Positions 27,938 to 41,276 are shown, counted from the whole stretch's first letter. The stretch is 63,087 nt of DNA, filler included, from Parasitella parasitica NRRL 2501 (GCA_025201805.1; 4 parts of 4 records of this genome joined end to end with filler, not necessarily neighbours in it); one strand, 5' to 3'. The notes: a model not told the origin generated them from the sequence alone. Numbers and translations are program-made.

Positions 27938-29848
27938 TTTACCCACCTGAAAACTAACCTTTATCAATTTTTATATATACTACTTTATTATTACATTTTA
28001 TCTTTATTTTACTTTAGATACCTGAACTACATAAATAGTAAATTCAATTCATTTGGACACATTATTTTGCATTCATATATATGTTTTTTCTTTTACATCT
28101 CTATTTCATAGGTTGCAAAACTATAACGGTCTTTATTACAATTTAACGCTATACAGAACAATTTGCTCTGGCAAATTAATTTCTATAATCTTTTTATTCG
28201 CAATAACGATTGCTTGATTTGCAACAACACCTCGGGCAGAAAAAGAAATTACGTAAATGTGATTTTATCTCTATCAAATTTGGCACATCTAACGGTTAAT
28301 ATTGCGAAGTGGTTCACAGAACAATTAGAAATTGGATTTGAAAGTCTATATCTGGTTTTACTAACAAAAGAAAAAAAAAAGATCCATGTGGATATTTTCT
28401 CTCTGATTTGCATTAAAAACTGTACAGTTAGTTAAACATAATTGCACTTTTCCTCTTTAGTTTATCCTGTTGAAAAAGAAACTTATCCAGATACGAAAAT
28501 ACAAATTTAGAAAATCGTAAGCATTTTAGTATTAAGTAAAATGTTCTAATCAGCATATTAGAGATCGATCCACTATCTATCTTTTGGTAGGTGTTCCCCC
28601 ACCACCACAAGAATCGAAGTAAATCAAAATAAAGTATAACAGTTAAAATCTATCTCCCCAGACGAGTTGCACCGCATACTGTCAAAGTTACCAAACTTAA
28701 AACAGAAGGGTTTGAAATATATCTTGTTGTCATTATGTACGTCCAGAATGCAAATTAATAACAAACAATGATCATTTTCTTTTTCATTAAACGTGTCAAT
28801 TATGATAATCAGGTTCAAAAGGTCAACTTGATTTTGACTTTCAGGGGAAATTTACATGGTTTTCGGAGCATGGTTGCAATCACCGCGCAAACGAAATGAC
28901 TTTTACAAGCACCTTTTCCAAATGAGATTATCTATTATAATAACTTTTTTTCTTGACATTATAAATAGATCAACACTCATATAAGATAAACTAACTTTAT
29001 TGAAACTGAATGCGAAAAATGATTGATTAAAAACAGGAAAATAACCAGTAAAAGGTCTCAATTTGAGCGGGTATTCTCTAATAAACTTGCTTCATTTAAT
29101 GCTGTGGTACACGATGAACAATTCAGAGTACGCTTTGTGTGATAATGAGATATACATGTACAAAATACTGTGACTAATGGGAAAAAATAGAGGACAAAAA
29201 ATTAAAACAATAGATGCATATGTATAGTATTATCAGATCTGAAAATCAAGTAAAACATGGTGTGATGAATAAATGAGCAACATTAAAATCAAGGAGGTTG
29301 AATGGGAGTAATTTCTCAAGATATGTTTAAAAGAGATGCTGTTCCGAGCCCCATTAACTAGGTGTAAACTGTATATTTTTCAGTGTGACAGATCCCTATT
29401 TAGGTGATTATGTACACAGTTTGTATAGTGCTTTCATTCAGCAAACGCACGTCCGTCATAAAGCGATGAGTTGCCAAGTTCAAAGATACTAAAGGCGTGC
29501 AAGTACTACATTTGTTTCACTATGCAGATCATTTTTGAGTATTCCATGTTGTTTTCAAATAAATAGCTTTTAACTCTGTCCAATGTAGTAATCTACAGTG
29601 GGGATCCAACTATAAAAAAAAAACTGCACCCACTCTCTCGCTTATACTGTATCGTTGTATTTGTATAGGAATCTGTCCCTCAACCTTATTGCTGTTCATT
29701 TCGGCATCCGCTTTTTAGCCTGCTTATAAAGATTCCTAGATCTAAACGAGAAAGCATCTATTTTCCTTCTCTTTATCCTTTATCCTTTATCCTTTATCTT
29801 TCTTTCTTTTTTGATCGTTGTTGCTTTAGCATTTGACACAATACAGAA

Positions 29849-31855
29849 ATGAATTCCACTCAAGAATCAAAAAAGTGGCATCAAGCTACTTCATTGCAGC
29901 ATCCAATGAATGACACTAGCAATATGCCTCAATCACCCCAGCTACAACAGTATTCTCCAATGCCAGCAATGGATCACCTTAGTTACGGCCAGTCATTTCC
30001 TCAGGGTCCTATGCATCCTCCTGTGTAAGTACCGTTGCTATTTTCCTATGATGGTGCAACATTGCACTCATCTTAAAAAAAGAGCTTTTTAACAATTTGA
30101 TACACTATAGCCATAACCATCATCATCAGCTTCCACCCCAAAGCAGCTATTCGCCTGCTAGAAAATCAGATTCAGATCCTCACTTACCTGGGTAAAATAG
30201 GCTGTAATAGTCATTAAAACTAGTTTTAATAACATACTTATTCGCTACATCTAGTATGATGGCTCTTTCTCAACCTGGTACTCCTCGCCCTAACCACCAC
30301 ACATCTCCAATCCCCAAAAAAGCACATGCAGATTATACCACTTCATCATTCCACGCTGCTCCTTATGCTCATCCTGCTCTTGTTCGCAAAAGAGGAAGAA
30401 GCGAACTGTTTTCTACCGAGCTGGGTCCATTCTTTAGCTCCACAAAACCTGTCGACAATTTATACGGGCTGGACAGATCAACTTTGTAAGTGTTTTCTCT
30501 CTCTTTGCACTCATCCTTTAATAACAAATTTCGACAGATTGACTCTTCGCATCCAAGCTAAAATGGATAGAGGCTTCTTTTTGGCCGATAACGATTGGAC
30601 ATGTTATCGCAGAAATTATTTTCAAGTGAGTGGGGCTTTTGGTATTCATGGTTTGAACCATTATTACGCTGATCAAGAAACGCAATGCTTGGTTCAAGTG
30701 GACGGTGCCTTTCACCCAGTCCGTAACTTTTCCATGAACATCTCAGCCCGTGTCTCAAATAGTGATAAAAAGATCGATTTGGTCCAACATACCCCCAAGA
30801 GAGATAAAGGCCCTCAATCTACACCTACCGCTAGATTGATTATGCCTGGTGGCAATCTGAGCATGAGTTCTGTGGGTGCCAATCAAAGTATAGTTACCTT
30901 TGAAAGAATTCAATTCAAAACAGCCACCGCAAATAATGGCAAAAGAAGAGCTGCTCAGCAATACTACGTTTGCTTGGTCGATCTTTATGCTGAAATCGAA
31001 GGCAACAAGAAGATTAAGATTGCCTCATGTCAATCTGCTCCTTTAGTTGTACGTGGTCGAAGCCCAGGTCATTATTCTGATAATCACGACAGATATGAAA
31101 GTACCAGCAACTCAATTCCTGTGGGTGCAGTTAATCCTCCTCCTTCCTCTCAGCTCCAACATCAAGAAGGCCGGTATAATACTGCTACTGCTTCTACTTC
31201 TGCTCCTTTTACTCGACCTCCAATGACACCTCCTGGCGTTATGGGGCCCGATTATAGCTCGCCCTATTCTTATCAACCTTATCCTACAAACTATTCGCAT
31301 TTTCCTGGTGGACAAGGACCAATGCAAGGTGGTATGTTGCCTCCTACACCAACTGGTCAACATCCATCTCATCACCACCCTCACCACTCTCAACCACAGC
31401 ACAACAGCAGCTCTTATATGATACCAAGCATGACATCAGACCCATCTTCATCCGAGACATCATCTCCTGATCTTTATAACGGAGAATTTGGCCATGGAAA
31501 CAACGGTGGGGCACCTGCAGCTAATGGTGGCAATAACGTGTTGCACGAAGAAGCTAATAGAATGAACCAACCACCCCAATTACCCCATCCTCATCATGGT
31601 ATGAACCATATGCATATGCCTGCTATGGATGGCAATGATTGGCGTGGACGTATACCTAGTGGACATCAATCTCCTGCCATTGGATACGAACATCACCCAA
31701 ACTCATATTTCTCTCAATCTCCATCAAACAATAGTGGCCCAAGTGCTTTTTCTAATCCCCCTGCTCAAACTACGGCTTATGGTTCCACTCATGTTGCTCC
31801 TGCTTCAAGAAAATACACATCAAGCCCTACTACAATCCAACAACAAGCATCGTAA
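29849..31855 (+). CDS. Ndt80/PhoG family (p53-like fold) transcription factor, multi-exon
   Basis: DNDWTCYRRNYFQVS, LVQHTPKRDKGPQ, FERIQFKTATANNGKRRAAQQYY, PLVVRGRSPGHY; low-complexity P/Q/H/S termini; start codon less certain. Confidence 0.93.
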
Positions 31856-32258
31856 AACATTCAGTTTAGATATTAACTTAATACCACACAGTCCGCTATT
31901 TTTAATTCTTGTATAAGCCTTTTGTTTGAATCTATATAACTTTTTCCAAGACCATGCTATTTTTATATCTCTATTACTGTTTTAAGCTCTTTTTATTACA
32001 AAAATATATATGTGTTATTATCATCATTATCATCATTACCATCTTTTGACATTTTATATATGGTGTCACATTTTTATTGTATACGGCTAATCTTGACCTC
32101 CCTTTCATAATAAACAGTGAAAGGATACACGAGCATATTCGACAAACAATCTGATAGTGTCTATGTTTCACTTACGTCGTTGCACATACATACGGATGTT
32201 TTAACCAATGTGACTACTGGAGTAACTTAACGAGGTTTTATCTTCTTTGCCTTTCATC

Positions 32259-34249
32259 ATGCCTCTGGAATGCAAAGAATTCGAGACTCTTTTGCGACAT
32301 AATCAACTGGAATCAATTACAAATAACCGAGAATTCATACTGTCTTTCCTTGATCAATTGCATACAGTAAAAAAGCAACACGCTCTTTACCATTGAAAGT
32401 GTTTCGTAACAACATACGCATGTAGATTTTGAAAGAGCTGACTACTTCAAAACAATGTTATGAAATCTACCCTCAAATCGGGTCACTTTTAACTCAAGCT
32501 TCAGTAATTTAAACATACATACTGCACATGAAAATCTAGCTAATCCTTCATCACTAAGATACATCCTTATATAGGCCATGATTTCGATATATCAAAGCTA
32601 GTATTATCCTGTCTCATGGAATATGCTAAACTGAATCTTGAACCTACCAACAATCATCCAATTGCATCAAAGTAATGTTTAAAAACAAACATACACTCAT
32701 TTTATTTATTTATTGGTAGTTCTGATCTCTGGTGCATTATTCGATTGCGGCGTCTTATAAGTGTAGAAAAATCTCAAACATCCAATGTCGATATTCTAAT
32801 CGCCAAAATATTGGAGCTACTGGATAAACAAGATAGCAACAGTGCAGCATTAAATAAAAGGATTTCAAATGCTTGCTTAGGATTAGTGCATGAAGAAAAG
32901 GCATTCCCTGTTATCGAGAGATTTGTTTGCCTTGCATTATCACAGCGCGAGGAGGTTACAGCTGATTTGATCAATTTTGATCCACCACAGAGGCTGCTTT
33001 CTGATCAATTCTTGAGCCATCTTGCGGCAAATGATTGTTTGCGTAAACAAGCAGTAATATGCTGGTCGAATGAGACTAAAACAAGGTACTCCTTGTACCA
33101 ATTCTATTTAACAATAGCACTGGCTAAATGATTAGTAAATAGGTTGTTGTTGCATTATAGTGAATTACTGGACACCGAAATTTTAGATCTAATTGCACTG
33201 TATATTTACCCGAACAATTATACTAGCATACATGCAATACAACAGCAATTGTGTCAATACCATCTTTTGAAGATTGCTATGTCGTCCTCTGCCCTGAGCG
33301 AAATCTTGATAGCCAAACTGGCGTCATATGTGGTTTTACTTGCAGATTGGAGAGTCGTACGTATAATGCAAAGTGTTTACCGTATTTTAGAGACAGCAAG
33401 ATCCTGCAAAATATTCACAGAATTTATCTCACAAGAATTTAAGTCGTTATCCAATTATATTTACAATGGATCGTTGACGTCCATCGAAACCAGAAGGAAC
33501 ATGATTTGGTGTTTATCATTAGCCTCCATCCGAAATATTTGGCCACTTATTGACACACTGGTAAATTGGGTGCAAACATCTGATCTATGGAGCTGTGTGG
33601 TAAGTTGTGTATTCTGCGTGAAATTATTAATATATAATCTGATGGGATTTTCCAGCAGGAAGACATTCTTGTATATGTCAATTGGATAATATGCCCCACA
33701 AACGACAACAGAGAATCCCGTTCATTCGACGATTTAAAAAGCTGGATTCAATCAAATCAAGGTACATTGGGAGAACTATTTCACAAGCACTAAGTGGTAA
33801 CACGTATTCCTTTCCAGGAAAAGGTCTTTTTCACAACTTGGCCAGTCTATGGCGTAAATTATTCAGCGGCAATGCAGTTATTCTCTCCTTGTTCGTTATA
33901 TCGATTCTAAATCAATTTAGCTCTGATCAGCAAATATCATTGGTACTATCAACAGGCACAGCACACGTTAAAAAAAGCAAAGACTAATTTTTCTTGCTAT
34001 ACAGATCCAAACCATTTATTTTTCATCGGTAGTTGAAGGAGATGACCCAATGTAGGCTATTTACAATAAAAGAAAAGGAGTTTTCAACTAAAATACCTTT
34101 GGTTTAGTAGTAGGACTGTCGATGATAAGAAGAATAACATGGCAAATATTTATATTCTATTAGATTCCTTGGAGGATTTAGAGTCTATGATACCCACAGT
34201 AAATGTCCCACACATTATAAATCATATTCATGTGCAATTATTAAAGTAA
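32259..34249 (+). CDS. Multi-exon alpha-helical protein, putative FANCC (Fanconi anemia group C) homolog
   Basis: Introns 32367-32425, 32504-32558, 32672-32719 and later ones give a continuous ORF; the spliced N-terminus FLDQLHT|ILKEL...IYPQIGSLLTQAS|IHPYIGHDFDISKLVLSCL resembles FANCC as recalled; 3' exons are approximate. Confidence 0.65.
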
Positions 34250-36052
34250 AACTTTAAATCGCTCGGGATAAAAAAAGCAGGGCCTTTCATGCTTTTTGTT
34301 TTGGGTATTTCATACAATATTAGAAGATCTTGGGCCTTGTTTGGTACAACAACTTATAGAGTTTCGTATGCTTCCACTAGTGAAACATTGCACACATTCT
34401 TTTCTTTTTTTTATTTTATTTTTTTGTAAAATCACAGTGCCACAAAAAAAAAGGGAGCTTTTAAACCGAAGCTGGCTATGTTGCACATTTTTCAGCCATC
34501 TTTTTCCTGTGCTACGAAGTCATACTGCTTTGTATTAGAGCTTTTAATAAAATACTATTGAAATTTTGCGAATAGCGCAATCCAATTTCTCTTTATCTTA
34601 TGACACAATTCGTTTTCTGATCTATTTCAATTGATAATATTTGATGAGCGTTTTCCGGGAATGTATTAGATCCGCAAAAATGATTGAGCGAGAGAAGGAA
34701 GGCATTTACGAGCATGCGAACATCCCACTTAATATCGTTGATCTACTTGTCTTCCACAGCTTGATAGAATCGGTCATTTTTTTAACCGATTCAAGTGCTT
34801 CGAGACAAACCATATGATTTCTCAGAGCTCGTAAAGAAATAGCAAAAAAATGAACAATACAGGGAAGGTTTCAAAGTGGGAAAGGAGATACTATAGATAT
34901 AATTAGAAGTTTTCAATCCGTATCAGCCATTGTTCCAGCGGTTGGGTGAGCTAAAGATGGCTTTTATCCTGCTTCGGTTATTCCAGTATTGGATCACGAA
35001 AAGGATCATGGGACCCAAAATAAGAAATCTAAGCGTAAATTAAAACTGTATTTCAAGCAATAAAACCTTTGTGCAAATCAATTCATAAAGAAGAAGACTA
35101 AATGTTGTGAGCATAACACCCACTGAAGAGTTGAAAAATACACAATTTGGGGCATTGTTCATGCACAAAACAATGAAAAGGATTATTTATCAAGATAGCT
35201 GGATATATTCTTCTCCTGCGTTTCTAATCAATATCATCAATCAAGTTCTCAAGGCTTCTTTTCTATATGTGCAAATCCCATTCGGATTCGTAAATTAACC
35301 AAACGTTTGTTTATCAAGCTATCATCCCGACAGCTCAATACTTTTTAATTATGTGTGTGGCTATCGATCAAATTGACAGCCATTTAAAGCGGTACGCGCA
35401 TTGTTTAAAGCAGTGCGAGATTAAGCATGATATCAAAAGGCTTTAGTGCACAGGATTTAGTTTGTATCACTGCATCAAAGAAAACTATGCGACAACATAC
35501 TTGTTCACTGAATAACATGTAAGAACAGTTGTATTGAGAAATATTCTACATTTGAAAAATGCAGCACTTGCGATAGCTTTTTATATATAGCTCGTAAATG
35601 TACATCCTGAACTTGGTAATCATTGGGTGCATTATGGATATCTGCATAAGGGGGCTATTGGTTTGGAGAGATATTTGGTGCTTGTAATTGAAATCTATTA
35701 CATCTATTATGCCGTGCGTATAGGTTAATTAAAAGTGTGCTTGAGCCTTATTCTCCATGAACTCTCTCATTTCCCAATGATATGTATTTTTGGATACGCT
35801 GATAATTGCGTTTACTTACCCAAACATTTGGAGCTTTTGATTTTGAGTTTGTGGACCACATTAAGCCTACTTTAAATAGCCGAAAACAAAAGAGTGAAAA
35901 CACACAATCCGCATGATTCATAGTGTGTGCGAGCCCCATACTATTGGAAGAACCCCTTGGTTTTTTTCTTGCCCTTTTCCCTTTTTTCATCTTGAGAGTT
36001 TCTTGTTTACTCTTTCATCTTTTTCTTTCTCAAAAAATATAGTACAATAATA

Positions 36053-37128
36053 ATGGCTGCTGTAAGTAATACCTTTTTATCAAAAGATATATAACTTGGC
36101 TAACGTATTGGTGAATAGGAACGTGAAGACCAAGTAAGATAAAAAGTTGAAAAGTGTTTTCTAATAGGACCAACTTTTCCCTTCCTCTCCTATTTTCAGG
36201 TTTACATGGCAAAGATTGCTGAACAAGCAGAACGTTATGATGGTAAGTTTCATTCCCTGCGTTTTCACACCTATAAAATATGCCAGTATATTAATGATAA
36301 CGACGATAATAATAAAAGAAATGGTGTTATATATGAAGGAAGTTGCCAAGGTATTGTTTATTTACCTTATTCTATCGTATACTACTAAACTCTCAATAGT
36401 TGTCGGTTGATTTAACTGTTGAAGAGCGCAATCTTTTATCTGTCGCGTTTAAAAACGTGATCGGTGCTCGTCGTGCATCCTGGAGAATTGTATCATCAAT
36501 CGAACAAAAGGAAGAAAGCAAAGACCACAAAAATCAAGTTGAAAAGATCAAAGAATACAGAAAGAAGATTGAGAACGAGCTCTATGATGTTTGTAACGAT
36601 ATCTTGAGCCTTTTAGATGAGTACTTGATTCCTAATGCACAAGGCGGTGAAGCCAAGGTCTTTTATTTCAAGATGAAGGGCGATTATCATCGTTATGTTG
36701 CTGAATATGCTACTGACGAGAACCGAAAAGTTGCAGCCGAAAAAGCTCTTGACGCTTATCAAACTGCTACTGACGTGGCTCAGGTTGAACTTGCCACCAC
36801 TCATCCTATTCGTCTAGGCCTTGCTTTGAACTTCTCCGTATTCTACTACGAGATTATGAATTCGCCTGATCGTGCTTGCAATTTGGCTAAACAAGCTTTC
36901 GATGATGCCATTGCTGAACTCGATACTTTAAGTGAGGAATCTTACAAGGATTCCACCTTGATTATGCAATTATTGAGAGATAATTTAACATTGTGGACCT
37001 CAGATCTTCAGGAAGGTAAGCTGTTGTTTTTTCGTTCTTGTTGTTTGTATATTTATTCAGAAACCTTCATTGCTCATGTAGCTGAAGCTGGTAAGGCGGA
37101 CAATTCAAATCCTACAACTGACGCTTAA
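36053..37128 (+). CDS. 14-3-3 protein (Bmh/Rad24 family) with 5' micro-exons
   Basis: AEQAERYD|[67 protein letters not shown]. Confidence 0.98.
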
Positions 37129-37321
37129 ACCTTTTTCATTTTTATTTTTTTGTTTCAAATCTATTTTCTCTCTTTTTTCTTTGATGAATTTGATACAGAT
37201 AAAATACTTGACAAATGAAAAATAAAGACCCTAAAAAACTGCTTTTTTGTTTATGTTTGTTTGTTTTTATTTTCATTATTTTAAAAGAGAACAGGGGGTG
37301 GTAATCGTAGGATAAAGGGGT

Positions 37322-38359
37322 CTACATGTCTTTAACAGCCTTTATATCATCGTCTAAATCGAGGTCTTGACGTAAAGCCCAGTCTTTACATATCCAAACC
37401 ACATGTTTCCAATCAAATTCGCTCAAGCCTACTGTGGCTACAGTCTTATCTTGGTATGCACCAGATATGGAGGACATCCATGCTACGAACACATCTGCAT
37501 TTCCGCCTTGATCTATTGTTTGCTGTAACCGTTTCTCTAATCCTTGAAGTTCTTTCTCTAATCTTCTCTTTACAAAATCAATACTATTCTTCCAGCGACT
37601 TGTCTTTACAATATGAACAGCGCGCTGCATTGACAAGTTAGCTAAATGATATCTCATGTCATCATGAATGTTGTCTACAGGCGAACGTTCTGCTGATTTA
37701 ATGAATACATCTGCCATAATAGCCCAAACACGATAGTCTAATTTTCGCCCTTTATGGTACAAGATGCAGTTGTCTATAGCTTCTGAATAGCGGCCCACTA
37801 ACGGATAAAACTTGGCTCTCACTAAATAAAGTCCAAAATCTTGGGCGTACTACAAATTATGGATCAGTGAAATTGGAATGAAAAATAGAGGCACTCTTAC
37901 TGATTTATCAAGATTCAACAATTCCTCTAGTGTATCCAATCGATTTAATTTAGCGGCACAATGCATGGCAATATCAGTAATTTCTTTAGTGCCTGTAACT
38001 TTACATTGATCATTAGTTTTGACAACTCGGACGTATTCAAGCGCTAATGCCAAAGCTTTATCGTATCGCTTATAAAAATAGTCATGCTCAATGGCATTCT
38101 TTAGTTGGTTCGGTCCATGTTGCTCCAGCATGATTTCATCTATGCTCTTTCTATTCTCATGGAACCACTATGCCTTTGATTAGTCTTTCTCTAGTCTAAA
38201 AATTTCAGCATTTTCAATTTATGTATTTACCCCGTCTGTTTCTATTTTGGCTTCGTACTTTGCTTGCGCAGGGACAACCCGTTCCTTTTTGGTTTCGAAA
38301 TCATCTTCATCAAAATCAAAACCAAATAAACCGCCTTGTTCTTCTTCTAGTAATGCCAT
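37322..38359 (-). CDS. Conserved TPR-like protein, C8orf76-like, 3 exons
   Basis: N-terminus GLFGFDFDEDDFETKKER...KYEAKIETDG|WFHE, then DYFYKRYDKAL and helical repeats; resembles C8orf76 as recalled. Confidence 0.6.
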
Positions 38360-39021
38360 GCCGAGGATAACTGAGGTTGGTTGATGAAAATTTTAATTGA
38401 AATAGTGTAGGGTTACCGCTCAAACAGTCACCATCAGTTTCATGATTTGTCTGCAATGCCATCATCAACAGAATGCTAAATACATGTAGCATCTAAGCTC
38501 AAATCAACCGACAAGTACCCTAATAGTGCTAATACAAATATATCCAAACAACGAGTGGTAAAAACGTGTTTGACCCAAATAAAAAGCGTAGCAGACGGAT
38601 TGACAGTAGGACAAGAGGTGTACTGGTTCACTTTTTTTTTATTCGAAATGAAATGGGCTTGAAACAAAGCTAAAAAGAGAATAAACTGCTTAATTTCAAT
38701 CTGTTAGCATGGTTCAGCATTTATGCTTTAGAAATAAAAAAAGGTATAACTCATGTGTACACGAAGAAAGACGGGTCCCATTTCCTTTTCTATTTACAAA
38801 CAAAACATGCAACAGCAGTTTTTGATTGATTCTGTCAGGGTCTCATAATTTAGTAATCATCATAGCGAATCAAATGACGCAAAAAATTGAGACATACGTC
38901 TCTTTTTTTTAAATACGTATAATGAACGTATTCATGAGAGAGTAGATATTTGTGCATTTGGCTAGAGATTTAATATTTTTAGGTTACACATATGCATGGT
39001 GAGTGTCTATAATAGCAAAAG

Positions 39022-39106
39022 ATCTGATAACACAAACATGTTAATTTTTGTCATCGCTCAAAAATTTCTTTTGGATTTGAGAGCCCGAGGAGACAACTGT
39101 ATAAAA
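39022..39106 (+). promoter_or_regulatory. ATCTGATAA iron-repressor GATA motif plus TATA box upstream of the siderophore synthetase
   Basis: ATCTGATAA at 39022-39030, TATAAAA at 39100-39106, ATG at 39160. Confidence 0.6.
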
Positions 39107-39159
39107 ACCTAGGCATTTCTCTTCCTTCGACATCTTCTCTCTTACTTCTACTTCCAAAA

Positions 39160-41276
39160 ATGCCTGTTCCTTCAATTGATTTCGATAGAAACGAACATTT
39201 TGCAAGCTTTGCTACTACATCTCGCTTGGTTGCTTGCTTGACAAGTGAATCCTTAATTCCTGCCTATTTTATACCTGTTGCTAAGGAAACCGAAAAATCC
39301 ATAGGTCTTTGTTTGTTGCTTCGTCCTGTCAAGGGCCAGGAGGAAGCAATCATCCATCAAGTTACATTGGATTCTGTATTGGCTGTCATTCCTTTACGTG
39401 GTCTTCCCATCTTGGATACCGATACTTCTGTCAATTGGAACGGCGTTGTCTGTACCCGCATTTCTCTAATTGATAGTCTGGATATGCAACCCCACATTTA
39501 CTCTGTTGTCACCGGCACTGGTGATAAGCGTAGATCTGGTGACGATTATGTTAAGCAAGCGCTGGTCTCTGTCTTGTCTCCTTCAGCTACCAATTTGAGC
39601 GAGTTTCATTTACAAGATAGCTATGACGCAGTTCATTTGTGGCATCGTTTTGCTAGCGATTTCGAAGTCAATGGTAAATTGCGGGAACAGATTGGACAAG
39701 AATTAGGTTCCTCGATCAACTTTCAAAGTAAGCGCAGGAAACATCATAATGATTATACTTCATGCCAACAGAATTCTTTTATAGAATACACTTATGATCA
39801 TCCCAAGCAGCTACCCGGTTTAGAATCATCTACCATTGCTTGGGAGCAATCCGTTGTTGAAGGACATGCCACTCATCCTGTAAGTAATTGATTTTAACTA
39901 GTGTGGTTTATATATTTATGAGTATGAGTAGATGCACAAAGCCCGTAAAAGCTACCCTCCTATGAAAGCTTTACATCCTGGGTCATACGATTTAGAGCAT
40001 CCACAGATCCGTCTTGTTGGCCTTCCCAGACAAAGCGCGGTCCTTCGGGGTGACTATGAGGAGCTTGCTCAACCTCTTGTCAATGCTCTTTTCGAAGTTG
40101 GTGGAGATGCCAAGCAGTTGCGTTCTAAATTCTCTAATTATACATTCATTGCTATTCACGAGCTTCAATTGCCCAACATTGAGCAAAAGTTCCCCGATGC
40201 TCACATCTTCCCTGCACAGTACTCCCTCTACGTTGAAGCCTTGGCATCTCTCCGATCAGTCGCGAAGCCCGATATTTTGCCAGGTTTAAGCGTCAAGTTA
40301 TGTCTGGGCATCAAGATCTCGTCTGCTCTTCGCACTGTCACTCCGTTCACTACCTATTTTGGCCCCGGGTTTTCCAAGCTGGTGCCCAAACTTACTTATG
40401 ATCGTGATGTGTTATACGTTGAACGAGAATTAGGTACCATCTGTTATCGTCACGATGACTCTGATGTAGCCAAACATTGCAGTAGTGTCATCCGTGAGGC
40501 CATTGAATATAGTCCTGAATATAAAGACGATTTGTTTATTCCGTGTGGAGTTCTTGTTGAAAAGATCCAAAAGCCTGATACTGATGAAACGCTTGTTACT
40601 CGAGTCTGGGGTTTGGACACTAAGGAAAAGAGGATTGCATTTTTGGAGAGGTAAAGATCATGGCTTTTTGAAAATGCAGTGTCGCCTTACTCGTTTCGTC
40701 TAGATATATCGACCTAGCCCTCCGCGCTTTTTTACCACCTTGTCTCGAAAATGGCGTCGCTTTTGAAGCTCATGGTCAGAATACGTTGGCCAGATTCGAT
40801 AGAAAAACTGGTAAATTGAAGGGGTTTGTGATTCGTGATTTTGGTGGCGTAAAAGTGCACAACGAAACTCTGAAGAAATCTATTGGCGAAGAATTAGATG
40901 TCTTACCTGAGAGTTGCGTTGAGGCACATTCCTTGGACGAAGTCTCCAAGCTTTTGTACCACACCCTTTTCCACTGTCAATTCCAGCGTTTGATCCGTGT
41001 GTTGAATCTTCATTATAATGGCGTTGGCTGGGAAATGGTTCGTAACAAGATGTGTGAACTGATCCCCAAGGATCATGTCATGTGGCCGATGTTTATGGGA
41101 CATGAAAAGGTGCCGGGTAAATGCTTGGTTCGTATGAAGATTGACGAACTTTACCGTGATGTAAGTGATTTTTATAATATCTCGCCATGTAAATTTAAAA
41201 CAAATGATTATAGTACATTTACCGCCCTGTGCCCAACATGATTTTTTTCAAACCTCAGCAAGTTCCCCGTGTTTAA
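39160..41276 (+). CDS. rfs: NRPS-independent siderophore (IucA/IucC family) synthetase, rhizoferrin synthetase-like, 5 exons
   Basis: WEQSVVEGHATHP|MHKAR, ALASLRSV, KLCLGIKISSALRTVT, GVAFEAHGQNTLAR, IRDFGGVK. Confidence 0.93.

Noticed and set aside
34640-34910. Possible LYR-motif-like coding remnant (MSVFRECIRSAKMI...RARKEIAK)
   Set aside because: Interrupted by stops and I could not build a consistent splice model; insufficient support
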